Below, in pieces: positions 37,534 through 47,095 of a DNA stretch of 64,000 bases. The position numbers were made by a program, and so were the translations under genes. Source of the DNA: a virus (lineage: Duplodnaviria; Caudoviricetes); the IMG/VR virus record IMGVR_UViG_3300020050_007300, positions 9,930-73,929 of that record; one strand, given 5' to 3'. Position 1 is the first letter of the stretch. The number at the start of each line of letters is the position of its first letter. Below the pieces are notes generated by a model. It saw only the letters and a list, made by a program, of their open reading frames with translations, was not told the DNA's origin and made no database searches.

Positions 37534-38257
37534 AGTGAGTAAACACACAGGCCGTATATGCGGCACATGGGTTGTCCAAGGACTTGGGGACCGCAGGACG
37601 CTGGGGGGTGGGGCGTACCTACTTGTGGCCTGCCGAAAATGCGGCCACAAGGCTGAGAGGGAGGCGCAGCAGATGCTCAAGCGCCCCCCAAAGTGCCCAA
37701 TCTGCAAGCAAAACGTCGTCGTAGAGGTTGCCAAACCTCCAGCGCTACGACGAATGGTCATCACACTTGGCGAGCGGCCACTGCAAATTGTGGAAAACCT
37801 TGAGTTTGACGATTGGGTGAAGATAACCCTTGTCTCTAGGTTAGCCTACCTCGAAAGGGCAGGCGCCAAAGTCTACCTTGGCAACACAGTAGACGGGCTC
37901 TCTATAGAGCCTATGGTAAATCCCTGGGAGCGGGCCAAGTTAGTCAGAGTCTTTGCTAAAGGTCAAGAAGTTGCACCAGAGATGGCCCTAACACCTCTGC
38001 CACCACCGACAAGCAATGAACCTGACCGCCCTTTCCTGAAAATTAAGGAAGAGGACCAAGGGGTTTTTACTGACGATGGCAAGAGAATGCCTCAGTACAT
38101 TGCACAGTGGGCGGAAACAATCCCAGACCTTGGCGAGATGACCTTTAACTTCCAGTTTGCGGAAACTGGTTACCTTTATGTAACCTGGGACCGCCCGGAA
38201 CCGCGAAGACTTGTCGAGATACCAGACTTCGACATACCCCTCCAACTAGCGGATTAA
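37520..38257 (+). CDS. Zn-ribbon protein whose N-terminus resembles homing-endonuclease DNA-binding domains
   Basis: GRICGTWVV...ACRKCG...CPIC. Confidence 0.6.
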   Translation: MSYVKVSKHTGRICGTWVVQGLGDRRTLGGGAYLLVACRKCGHKAEREAQQMLKRPPKCPICKQNVVVEVAKPPALRRMVITLGERPLQIVENLEFDDWVKITLVSRLAYLERAGAKVYLGNTVDGLSIEPMVNPWERAKLVRVFAKGQEVAPEMALTPLPPPTSNEPDRPFLKIKEEDQGVFTDDGKRMPQYIAQWAETIPDLGEMTFNFQFAETGYLYVTWDRPEPRRLVEIPDFDIPLQLAD

Positions 38258-38259
38258 CT

Positions 38260-38613
38260 ATGCGCCACAAAGAAAACGCCCAAGCCGCACTTGAATTCAT
38301 TCAAGACCTGCCTGAAAAGTACATAGACCTGGAAGATTACACAACCGAGGTCATCGAAGGAGACGGAACAAAGACCGTAGCGCACTGCCTTGGCGGTTGG
38401 CTGCCTCACATAGGCCACTTCAAAGAGCTTGGCGTGGTTGCATCTAGCGGGGGTTATCCGTTACTGCACACCGGCCCAGTCACAAGAGACCTATTTGGCA
38501 GTCACCCAGTGTTTTACTACGGTAAATGGCGGGAGTTTATGGAAGACTTCCCAGAGACTGCCACGGACAAAGAAGAAGTAATTCAACGCTTGTTGTGGGT
38601 TATTAACCAATGA
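38260..38613 (+). CDS. Hypothetical protein
   Basis: AHCLGGW motif; operon coupling. Confidence 0.7.
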   Translation: MRHKENAQAALEFIQDLPEKYIDLEDYTTEVIEGDGTKTVAHCLGGWLPHIGHFKELGVVASSGGYPLLHTGPVTRDLFGSHPVFYYGKWREFMEDFPETATDKEEVIQRLLWVINQ

Positions 38614-38972
38614 AAACTCCATTTTCTGATCTGGTAGGCCATACGCTCACCAGCATCACACACGAAAAAGAACACGCTTTGAGGTTTCGAGGCGAGTCAC
38701 TGGTCTTTCAGTCCAAAACTGCTAAATGGACTCAGAACTTCCACGCGGACGAAAACGACCTTGACATTTACATTGAGTCCATCGTAGGTGACTTCAAAGA
38801 CCTGCTCGAAACACCAATCTTGGTGGCGGAAGAGTGCACAGGTTCCTGCGAAGAAGGGACCTACACCTTCTACAAACTTGCTACGGTGAGGGGTTGGGTG
38901 GATATTCGTTGGGTTGGAGAATCCAACGGTTACTACAGCGAAACGATGGAAACCTACAAGGAGACCAAATGA
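38610..38972 (+). CDS. DUF7448-like protein, copy 1
   Basis: FYKLATVRGWVDIRWVGESNGYYSE. Confidence 0.7.
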   Translation: MKTPFSDLVGHTLTSITHEKEHALRFRGESLVFQSKTAKWTQNFHADENDLDIYIESIVGDFKDLLETPILVAEECTGSCEEGTYTFYKLATVRGWVDIRWVGESNGYYSETMETYKETK

Positions 38973-39337
38973 AGACACTGCAACAAATCTTTGACCAAGC
39001 CTACAACGGCATCCTTGCCCAAGGTGGGCAGTCCAGCGACACAGTAGGGCGCTGCATGTACCGTGGGCCAGGAGGGCGAAAGTGTGCGGTAGGACACTTG
39101 CTACCTGATGCACTGTACCACCGCAGCATGGAAGGCCAGGCAGTTGACTATTCTACAAGGGTACTTGGCTCCGCCCTGCTTCAAGCAGGAATTGACATGG
39201 AGGACAGACCTACGAAAAACCTTGTTATCCGTATGCAAGCCATACATGACGACATTTACGGAGGAAACTTCCTTGAGGAATTCAAGTCCTCGATGCGGGC
39301 TCTTGCAATAGAGAACAACTTGGAGGTTCCCCAATGA
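38969..39337 (+). CDS. Conserved phage hypothetical protein
   Basis: CMYRGPGGRKCAVGHLLPD; ATGA start at 38969. Confidence 0.75.
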   Translation: MKTLQQIFDQAYNGILAQGGQSSDTVGRCMYRGPGGRKCAVGHLLPDALYHRSMEGQAVDYSTRVLGSALLQAGIDMEDRPTKNLVIRMQAIHDDIYGGNFLEEFKSSMRALAIENNLEVPQ

Positions 39338-39912
39338 CACCCTTCAACACTGTCTACCACCGAGACAAAGCTTACAAACGTTACGGCTTGCGGTGGTGCG
39401 ACGCAGAAAAAGACCACCTCAAAGAGCTGTACCTATCTGGTGCGACTATCGACACCATCTGTAACAAGCTAGAACGCGCTCCAGAAGGCGTTACAGCGCG
39501 GCTACTTGCCCAGGGCTTGATAGTTAAAGTGGACGGACTTCACTTCCGTACTGATTCCGAACCTACAAAGGAACACATGAGCATCGAGTTAACCTCTTTT
39601 GGTCGCAGAGACCCCACAACCCTCAGCTCTTCCACGCTAGTGGAAAGCGCCTTCTGCGTAGACCCCCGACCCAACTTCATGCAACATTTCAAAGGACCAT
39701 CCAAAATGGAAAACATCAAGAACATCACACTGATCGACGGCCAAGACGCAGCAAACCTCAAAGACGATGCAATTTTCAAGAAAATTGCAGTGCTTGAAAA
39801 AGAAGTTGCAGTCTGGAAGACCATCGAAAACAAGCCCAAAAAGCTGCAACTTGCTATCGACAAGCTGCAGGAAGACATTAAAGCCCTTGTGGCTTATGTA
39901 GATGCACGGTGA
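39334..39912 (+). CDS. HTH-containing protein with a C-terminal coiled coil
   Basis: WCDAEKDHLKELYLSGATIDTICNKLERAPEGVTARL. Confidence 0.65.
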   Translation: MTPFNTVYHRDKAYKRYGLRWCDAEKDHLKELYLSGATIDTICNKLERAPEGVTARLLAQGLIVKVDGLHFRTDSEPTKEHMSIELTSFGRRDPTTLSSSTLVESAFCVDPRPNFMQHFKGPSKMENIKNITLIDGQDAANLKDDAIFKKIAVLEKEVAVWKTIENKPKKLQLAIDKLQEDIKALVAYVDAR

Positions 39913-40260
39913 TGTGGGACTTCATGGCAGGTTTCATCGCAGGCTCTGTACTGCTTGCAGTGCTGGCCATCTTGGTAGCTAACAGTGAAGGTTAGTATGG
40001 AAGAATACCTAATAGGCTTCGGGACAGGAGTTGCCCTGTCTGTTGGAGCTTTCGTTCTGGTCCTCCTGCTTGATAGCTAAATGGACTTATTCATTTTTGT
40101 CGCACTGCTGCTAAGTTACCACTGGCCCGAACCAGTAACTAAGGTAGCTCTTCCAGCAGTGCGGCGGGCAGCTTGCCCGTCAGGCCGAGAGCGATGTTGG
40201 TGCGGGCTAGTGGGGTACTCGGGTGCCCTACATCCCGCCCAAAAGTTGCTAACAGGTTAA
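39912..40260 (+). CDS. Three tandem tiny membrane ORFs (39912..39995, 39997..40080, 40081..40260)
   Basis: 27, 27 and 59 aa; abutting starts and stops; not in the ORF track. Confidence 0.55.
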
Positions 40261-40346
40261 CAGCCTGTTAGCTTTAAACCCCAAAGAACCTGCTAAGACC
40301 AGGTTCTTTGTTTAAGCGACACCGTTTAAACAAAGAAGGAGAAACC

Positions 40347-40610
40347 ATGATTCACAAACTTGAACTCAAAGTTGGCTGGGCTACCGTACCTAAGAGCTGG
40401 AAACCGCTCAGCGTGCAGCTGCAAGAGGGCTTCCCTATGTTGTGGTACTCCTTTAACGGAGAAGATACGATGACCATCTACATCGAAGAAGGCTGGACAG
40501 GTTGGTCGACACCTAAAGGTATTTATATGGGGACTACAGTGATCGAGGGCCTTGTCTCTCACTGGTACTACCAGGAAGAACTTGTCTTACCGCAGTTGCC
40601 TTTGTTGTAG
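40347..40610 (+). CDS. Hypothetical protein
   Basis: AAGGAG Shine-Dalgarno before ATG 40347. Confidence 0.7.
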   Translation: MIHKLELKVGWATVPKSWKPLSVQLQEGFPMLWYSFNGEDTMTIYIEEGWTGWSTPKGIYMGTTVIEGLVSHWYYQEELVLPQLPLL

Positions 40611-40619
40611 GGGCCTGTT

Positions 40620-41039
40620 ATGTCAACTAACTCACAAATCATCACCAGACTCACAGACGGCTCTTATCGTGGCGTTTATTGCCATTTCGATGGGCATCCT
40701 GCAGGGGTAGGAGCAGAGCTGTTGAAGCACTACAACTCCCAAGAACAAGCAGAACGCGTCACTTCCTTGGGGGCACTAAGTGAGCTAGGCGCTTCTATGG
40801 AGTGCCCGGAAGGGCATTCCTACAGTAAGCCTGTCAAGGGTTACACCGTTGCGTTTCACCGGGACAGAGGGGAAGAATTGCTTTTCGCAGAAGCTGAAAC
40901 TCTGCAAGGTTGTTTAGACGCTCAGCCTTTTGGTGGGGCAGAGTATTTCTATGTCTGGGAAGGCTCGTGGCGCACAATGGCAGAGTCGGACTTGATTGCA
41001 CTGGGCATGGAGTCTGCTATGGGTGAAGGTTACCTATGA
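40620..41039 (+). CDS. Conserved phage protein of the YCHxDG family
   Basis: GVYCHFDGHPAGVGAELLKHY. Confidence 0.75.
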   Translation: MSTNSQIITRLTDGSYRGVYCHFDGHPAGVGAELLKHYNSQEQAERVTSLGALSELGASMECPEGHSYSKPVKGYTVAFHRDRGEELLFAEAETLQGCLDAQPFGGAEYFYVWEGSWRTMAESDLIALGMESAMGEGYL

Positions 41040-41191
41040 CCTCGGAAGACGACGTAATCATCTGGCCCTGCAGCACTTGGTGCTACAGAACAGACTTGCC
41101 TGAGTACAGTCACAAGTCTGACGACTATCAGGTTCTGAAAACAGATTCCAGGGAGTGGCAGGTGTTCCTGGAACTCGTAGGAGAGCACTAA
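41036..41191 (+). CDS. Small conserved phage protein (51 aa)
   Basis: WPCSTWCYRTDLPEYSHKSDDY; ATGA coupling; not in the ORF track. Confidence 0.6.
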   Translation: MTSEDDVIIWPCSTWCYRTDLPEYSHKSDDYQVLKTDSREWQVFLELVGEH

Positions 41192-41192
41192 T

Positions 41193-41516
41193 ATGAAAGC
41201 CTCAGAAGTTTACTTAGCTGCTGCCGAGATTGTAGAAGAGAGCTACTACGGAGCTTGTTACGCTATTTCCGTAGCTCACCGAGGGGTCACACCTTTTCCG
41301 GTGCGATCGGCGATGGCCAAAGCAAACATAAAACACTTTGAAGAAGTGTTTGACCACTCACGAGGAGAGTTCGCCTACTTCATGGGTCCGACACGCTGGC
41401 ACACGGGAGACCCTCTTGAGGCAGAAGTGATAGAAGAAGCTTACCAGCGAAGGGTGTACGCCCTTCTTTTAATGGCAGAAATTGCAAAGGATGAAGAATG
41501 CGACTCCCAGGTCTAA
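41193..41516 (+). CDS. Hypothetical protein, DUF6197-like N-terminus
   Basis: KASEVYLAAAEIVE...GACYAI. Confidence 0.6.
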   Translation: MKASEVYLAAAEIVEESYYGACYAISVAHRGVTPFPVRSAMAKANIKHFEEVFDHSRGEFAYFMGPTRWHTGDPLEAEVIEEAYQRRVYALLLMAEIAKDEECDSQV

Positions 41517-41935
41517 TAATCGACGACTGCCACTACGCTGGCATCGCTACTGATGGCAAGCGCCACTGGCATTTGCTTGTCCCTATGCACCAAGACTTGC
41601 CAAAGATGGTGTGGGGCGAATACGGCCAAGATGTTCCTGATGCACAAAGCCGCTTCGACGGCCTCGCCAACACCTTGGCTATGGCCGAAGCTGGCAGCAA
41701 ACTGGCCCAGCTTATTCGCACAAAGGGTGATTGCTACCTGCCTAGCCAAGCAGAAATCACTCTTTGCGCAGCGACCATACCGCACGCATTTAAAGACGGA
41801 TACCACTGGACCAGCACGCAGCTCTCCCGCCACGACGCGTTTGTGCAGGACTTTGAGAACGGCGGCAGCTATTGGGACCTCAAGGACGACGAGTTCCGTG
41901 CCGTCGCCGTCCGTCGCATCATGATTGGAGAATGA
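41498..41935 (+). CDS. DUF1566 / Lcl-domain protein
   Basis: CYLPSQAEI, YHWTSTQ and AFVQDFENG...FRAVAVRR. Confidence 0.75.
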   Translation: MRLPGLIIDDCHYAGIATDGKRHWHLLVPMHQDLPKMVWGEYGQDVPDAQSRFDGLANTLAMAEAGSKLAQLIRTKGDCYLPSQAEITLCAATIPHAFKDGYHWTSTQLSRHDAFVQDFENGGSYWDLKDDEFRAVAVRRIMIGE

Positions 41936-42321
41936 CTATGGACGAACATACAAAGAGCCTGCTGCAAGCGTTGATTGACGACAAGCAGTTGGAGAGCGTT
42001 GATAACGACGGCAAGTGGAAGACTGTCGTGGACTTCCCCTTCACTGCTCTTTACCTCTTTTGTCACGATAAGTTGCGCGTCAAACAACCCACCATTCGCA
42101 TTGGCGAAGTGGATGTGCCTGAACCCTTGCGGGTAGCACCTGCGAAGGGCACGGAGTATTGGGTCGCCAATACTATAGACGAGAGGTTCTACTCCCCTAT
42201 GTCATGGTCCAACCACGGCATTGACCGCCTGCTGCTCAGCAGGGACCTTGTCCACACGAGCCAAGAAGCTGCCGTTGCTCACGCCAAAGCGCTGATTGCA
42301 GTTAGTGGGGGTACGGTATGA
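41932..42321 (+). CDS. Hypothetical protein, paralog of 42952..43365
   Basis: PEPLRVAPAKGTEYW versus PGPCVEAPEPGKIYW. Confidence 0.65.
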   Translation: MTMDEHTKSLLQALIDDKQLESVDNDGKWKTVVDFPFTALYLFCHDKLRVKQPTIRIGEVDVPEPLRVAPAKGTEYWVANTIDERFYSPMSWSNHGIDRLLLSRDLVHTSQEAAVAHAKALIAVSGGTV

Positions 42322-42638
42322 ACCACGTAACCGTACTTCAAGACGCTAAACAGGTTCTTGTGGGCGCAGGAAACCGATCAATCGGCAGTTACGCTACGGA
42401 TAAGAATGGCTTTAGCGTTGCGGTAAATAGCCCTACGGCTGTGTGCTTTTGCGCTATTGGGGCAGTTCGACGTGTGACCAAGGGGTTAACGTACTCCGTA
42501 GTGACGAACCAAGTGATGCCGATTTTAAGAAACAACATGGGCGGGAATATCGTTAAATTCAACGACAACAGCACTTACGAAGAAGTGCTAGCAGCCTTCG
42601 ACGTAGCGATTAAGGAGGCGCAAGAATGTCTGACGTAG
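42318..42638 (+). CDS. DUF6197-like protein, tandem copy 1
   Basis: AVCFCAIGAV...FND.STYEEVLAAFDVAI. Confidence 0.7.
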   Translation: MNHVTVLQDAKQVLVGAGNRSIGSYATDKNGFSVAVNSPTAVCFCAIGAVRRVTKGLTYSVVTNQVMPILRNNMGGNIVKFNDNSTYEEVLAAFDVAIKEAQECLT

Positions 42639-42955
42639 CAAGTGTTTTGAAAGCAGCTAAAGAGCTGATTTCGGATGAGAGCAGGCACGACAAAGGATTC
42701 CTTGCTAGGGATAAAGAAGGGTTCCTTTGCCACCCTAACAGCAAAGATGCCCACTGCTTTTGCTCTCTGGGAGCGGTGTGCCATGTGGCTGGAAAAACCG
42801 CCAAGACTACTGGGGGCTACGATCACCTCAAAAAAGAGTCGCTTTTGATTTTGCGTAAGCACATGAGTGGGAGTGTTACAGAGTTTAATGACACCAAAAC
42901 CCACGCAGAAGTCCTCGCCGCGTTTGATGCTGCTATCGAAGAGAGTTCAAAATGA
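42626..42955 (+). CDS. DUF6197-like protein, tandem copy 2
   Basis: AHCFCSLGAV...FNDTKTHAEVLAAFDAAI. Confidence 0.7.
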   Translation: MSDVASVLKAAKELISDESRHDKGFLARDKEGFLCHPNSKDAHCFCSLGAVCHVAGKTAKTTGGYDHLKKESLLILRKHMSGSVTEFNDTKTHAEVLAAFDAAIEESSK

Positions 42956-43365
42956 AAGAAGCAACCAAAGTCTTCATGCAAGCACTGCTTGCCGGTGAAA
43001 CGTTGGAGTACCAGGACTGGACAACGGGTATTTGGCTTGCTGCCGAAGAGCCTCTGGCTATCTTGCAGGCCTGGGAAGAAAATGACACTACTCCAATTCG
43101 TGTAGCGCCGAGAACGATCACCATAGGAGGCAAAAAACTGCCAGGGCCATGCGTAGAAGCCCCGGAGCCAGGAAAAATCTACTGGTACATCACACTAAGA
43201 CACCCCCACCAAGCCGAAACTTCCAAGTGGGAGAACCACGTTGTAGACAGAGGCTACCTCCAAAGCGGCAACGTGTTTAAAACACGAGAAGACGCAGAAG
43301 CTGTAGCAGAACACCTTGTTTCCCTCCTTACCCAAAACCACCCCAAAACAGAAAGTACCAAATGA
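42952..43365 (+). CDS. Hypothetical protein, paralog of 41932..42321
   Basis: Shared motifs as noted for the paralog. Confidence 0.65.
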   Translation: MKEATKVFMQALLAGETLEYQDWTTGIWLAAEEPLAILQAWEENDTTPIRVAPRTITIGGKKLPGPCVEAPEPGKIYWYITLRHPHQAETSKWENHVVDRGYLQSGNVFKTREDAEAVAEHLVSLLTQNHPKTESTK

Positions 43366-43775
43366 AAAACGCCCTCCTCGTTCTCGCAGTCACCGCCACC
43401 CTTGCCGCTTGTGGCAAAGACCAACCTGTCAGCTTTGACACCCTGGAAACCAGTCGCAGCACAGCAAAATCCAATGCGGAGTACAACGCTCAGAAGTACC
43501 GTGCAGAGTCTCCGCAGTTTGCAAACTTTGCACTGGAAGTCCAGGGTGATTCCACCCAGTCCCCAACCTGCCCACAAGGTGACGGCTGGGCAAGTGCCAA
43601 GCTGGTAGACAAAGCAAACCCCTTGGTCAAATCGGCACTGAAGTGTTCCACCGTCTCCAGCAGCGTTGGCTGTATGACGGCTGACGATTTCCAGAAAAAG
43701 CCCTACGCTACCGATGATGGCTCTTGCCAGCCGGTTACCAAGGTGCCCTTCCCGCTGCCCAAGGTGGCAAAATGA
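43362..43775 (+). CDS. Lipoprotein
   Basis: Signal peptide with lipobox LAAC; CPQGDGWAS motif; several Cys. Confidence 0.8.
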   Translation: MKNALLVLAVTATLAACGKDQPVSFDTLETSRSTAKSNAEYNAQKYRAESPQFANFALEVQGDSTQSPTCPQGDGWASAKLVDKANPLVKSALKCSTVSSSVGCMTADDFQKKPYATDDGSCQPVTKVPFPLPKVAK

Positions 43776-44068
43776 GCCACGAGCAGGCACGACAAGGCTT
43801 TGAGAAGTGGTACAGCGGAGCATTCTCGGTTTCCGAAAAAGAGCTGCTCAACAACAGAGACGGAAATGACTACCGCAACGACCAACTTGACGCTGCCTGG
43901 GGAGCTTGGCAAGCAGCGCTGAGTGCCAAACACCTGCCGCTTGCCACGAATGCCTGGATTGTCCAACACGAAGACCCTAAAGCCTTTTGCACAGTGGCTG
44001 CGTTTAAGACTGAGGAAGAAGCGTTACAGGTGCTAAGTGCTGTAACACCTGCAACCCTCTTTCACTGA
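43772..44068 (+). CDS. Hypothetical protein
   Basis: ATGA start; FEKWY...AAWGAWQAA motif. Confidence 0.65.
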   Translation: MSHEQARQGFEKWYSGAFSVSEKELLNNRDGNDYRNDQLDAAWGAWQAALSAKHLPLATNAWIVQHEDPKAFCTVAAFKTEEEALQVLSAVTPATLFH

Positions 44069-44135
44069 CAGCAGACGGCTTAGGCCGTTTGTTTACCTTA
44101 GCCTTAGAGGGCTAAGGTAAACAACAGGAGAATAC

Positions 44136-44522
44136 ATGGTATATGCTACGAAAAGCTTTTCTTCCCTGGTTGGAGAGACCCTTACAGGTGTCGAAGGGTT
44201 GTCTTACGGGTCGGATAAAGTTACCTTTACCAGCCTGTCAGGCCGGACTTTTCAGCTGCATCACATACAAGATTGTTGTGAATGCGTAAGCGTTGAAGAT
44301 GTTACAGGGGACAGCAAAGACTTGTTAGGCTCACCAATTCTGGTGGCTGAAGAGGTTTCAGACGCACCCAGACCCGAGGGTCACAAATACGCCCCCGCTG
44401 AGTCAGAGACCTGGACGTTCTACAAACTTGCCACTGTAAAGGGTTGGGTAGACATTCGTTGGTGGGGCGTGTCTAACGGTTACTACAGTGAACGAGTTGA
44501 TTTTGTAGAGGTGTTGCCATGA
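44136..44522 (+). CDS. DUF7448-like protein, copy 2
   Basis: HIQDCCECV...FYKLATVKGWVDIRWWGVSNGYYSE. Confidence 0.75.
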   Translation: MVYATKSFSSLVGETLTGVEGLSYGSDKVTFTSLSGRTFQLHHIQDCCECVSVEDVTGDSKDLLGSPILVAEEVSDAPRPEGHKYAPAESETWTFYKLATVKGWVDIRWWGVSNGYYSERVDFVEVLP

Positions 44523-45625
44523 ACTACCCAGACACGGCTATCTACACATCTCTTTACCAGTTGTCAGGTAACGTCAAGGACATTAACAGAGTTGTCATTA
44601 CTGTGGAGGAGTTGCGTGCCCTGTTAGACAAAGATCGAGCTGAACAAGCTACCAATGCCAACCCTTGCTCCAAGGCCCACGGTGCGGTGGAGCTGGGTTT
44701 TGCCTCAAAACCGGAAGTAACTCCAACAAAGGAAGACCTTAAACAGTTGCACTCGTTTTTCTTTCAGATTATTCACGGAGATCTTCTGGCAGATAACCCG
44801 AAAGACCTGTCAGAGGCGCTCAAGGCAAGTGCAACTGCTCACACATTAATAGCAACCTTCTCTTCGCCAGAGGTAACGCGCTATCGTTGGCTTAGAGGTG
44901 AGGCAGAGCGCGACTATGTTGAGTTTGGCGACGCGTGGCATGAGTCAGCCGAGGATCTGGACGCAGCAATTGACAGAGCTATTGCCGCCGCCCCCACTAC
45001 TTCAAAGGAAGCACTGTGAGCGAAGCCGAATTACTTGCACTTATAGGCGAGTTGGCTCCAGAGAGCCCTATGAATCAAGATGAAATGGGTGGCTGTGTGC
45101 ATTGCAAGGGTGGTCCGCCTGGAGAGCGCTATGGCTATGCCGACCGCTATCTATCGGACCATGGAGAAAATTGCGTTTGGGTGAAAGCCCGTGTTGCATT
45201 GGGCGATCAGCTCCCCGCCGCCCGAATGGACCTAAAGGATTGACATGACTTCAGAACGACTAGAAGCGCACCGGGTGCGGTTTGAGCAGAGATACCGTGA
45301 ACTGAACGGTAAAGGGTTGCAGCTAAATCGCTTTCAGGCAGGGAGCTACAAGGCCCCGCAAGTGGAACTGGCGTGGCAAGCCTACCAATGGGCACTAGCT
45401 GACGCTACCCAGTCACACCAACAGAGTGTGCAGCCGGTAGCAGATTCCGACCTGGAGAAGTTAGCTACTAATTTGGAACTCTATTCCGATTATGAAAAGG
45501 GCCGGAGCCAAGCGGACTTCCTAGACCCGGTTTTGTTTGGACGGGCCGCGATTGCTCTCTACGCAGCCGTGCAGCCAGTAGAGGTGCAGCCTGTGGCATA
45601 TGCGTTGAAGTGGCCGCATGGTTAA
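44519..45625 (+). CDS. Three hypothetical ORFs (44519..45019, 45016..45243, 45245..45625)
   Basis: Coupled starts and stops on the early strand. Confidence 0.6.
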
Positions 45626-45653
45626 ATGGTGCCGGGTTTACACAGGAGCCTTT

Positions 45654-46279
45654 ATGCGATTATTCTTACTGAACGCCATTTTCTTCTCAGTGCTCGACAT
45701 TGTTTACTGGGTGCTCATCTATACCGGCAAAGTCGTCTACAGCCAGAACCTGATAGACCTTGTTAGCTTTGTACTGGTTGCAGCATGGGCGGTTCTTCTC
45801 CTTGTTGAAGAAAGCAGAAAATGACTCACCTAATTTTCACCATAGTAGTGAACAGCGTGTTACTCGTACTGTCTATACTGGCGATGAACTACCATGACTA
45901 CCACTACGCCCCTAAGCCCACCTACTGGCAGAAGATTGCGGGAGGATTGATGGCAAGCCTTGCTCTTTTCATCGCCATACTCGTCGTTTGGGCAGCTTTC
46001 AAAATTCTTTACTCGTAAACCATGTTCCTCAAACACAAAGACACCGGCCTTACAAAAGAGGCTTTCCAAGGGTTTTCTTGGACTACGTTTTTCTTCGGCT
46101 GCTGGCCTGCCCTGTTTCGTGGCGACGTACTCTGGTTCATCACAGGCTTTGTAGTGGTGACAGCAGGTATGCTGTTTACGGAAGGCATCGGCAGTTTTGT
46201 TTACTGCCTGACTATGGGCTTCTGCTACAACGACATTCATATGAACAACCTGCTGGAAAAAGGTTACGAAAAAGTGTAG
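45654..46279 (+). CDS. Three small membrane proteins (45654..45824, 45821..46018, 46022..46279)
   Basis: Two TM segments each; the last has the FSWTTFFFGCWPALFRG motif. Confidence 0.7.
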
Positions 46280-46374
46280 CCAGGACACTTAAGCAAGTCT
46301 CCGGGCTTGCTTAAGCGACTGATAACCGCTTAATTTCGTAGCAACGGCTACATAACCCTTGATAGGAATCCATC

Positions 46375-47022
46375 ATGCACATGTTTATCACTGAAGCCCA
46401 GGGCCGGGAACTTCTGGCCAACCGCAGCAACAGCACAACAGGTAACGGAAAGCGAAAGTACGATCGCACTGGAAAGCAGATCAAAGCGCGGGTTTTCGCT
46501 GCCATTCGTTCTGCTCACGGCATTGCCAAGTCGCAGAAATTCAAGATGTACGTGGAGAACCCGGACAACCCGGACTACCTGAAAATCCGCGACAGACGCA
46601 CAGGAGAGCCACTTGACAACGGCATTGCCGCCCCGGCACCAGCCCCTGTGGTGGTGGTGAAGGCTGCTCCAGCGAAGAAGGCAGCTCCGGCGAAGAAGCC
46701 CGCAGCTAAGGCCGCTCCAGTGAAGAAGGCTGCCCCTGTGAAGAAGGCCCCTGTAGACAAAAAGCCTGTGGCTAAGGTCGCTGCACCTGCCAAAACGCCA
46801 GCAAAAGCGGCCAAACCTGTCAGTAAGGTAACCACCACTGTGTCTAAAACAAAACCTGCGGCTAAGGTAGCGGCTGTTAAGGCAAAGCCGGTCGCAGCCA
46901 AGGCAAAACCTGCGGCAAAGCCAGCACCGGCTAAAAAGGTCGCTGCAAAGCCTGTGGCTAAAAAGGTAGCTGCAAAGCCTGCAGCGAAAGCACCTGCGAA
47001 GAAGGTAACCAAGGCTAAGTAA
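46375..47022 (+). CDS. Histone H1-like protein (about 80-aa globular N-terminus plus Lys/Ala/Pro-rich tail)
   Basis: KKAAP and KPAAK repeats over about 130 aa. Confidence 0.8.
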   Translation: MHMFITEAQGRELLANRSNSTTGNGKRKYDRTGKQIKARVFAAIRSAHGIAKSQKFKMYVENPDNPDYLKIRDRRTGEPLDNGIAAPAPAPVVVVKAAPAKKAAPAKKPAAKAAPVKKAAPVKKAPVDKKPVAKVAAPAKTPAKAAKPVSKVTTTVSKTKPAAKVAAVKAKPVAAKAKPAAKPAPAKKVAAKPVAKKVAAKPAAKAPAKKVTKAK

Positions 47023-47095
47023 GCAAGTTAAGCGGGTAAACTTCTAAGTGCGGTTTCATACCCACTATCCGCTCCACCATAACTAAAGGTGTGAG

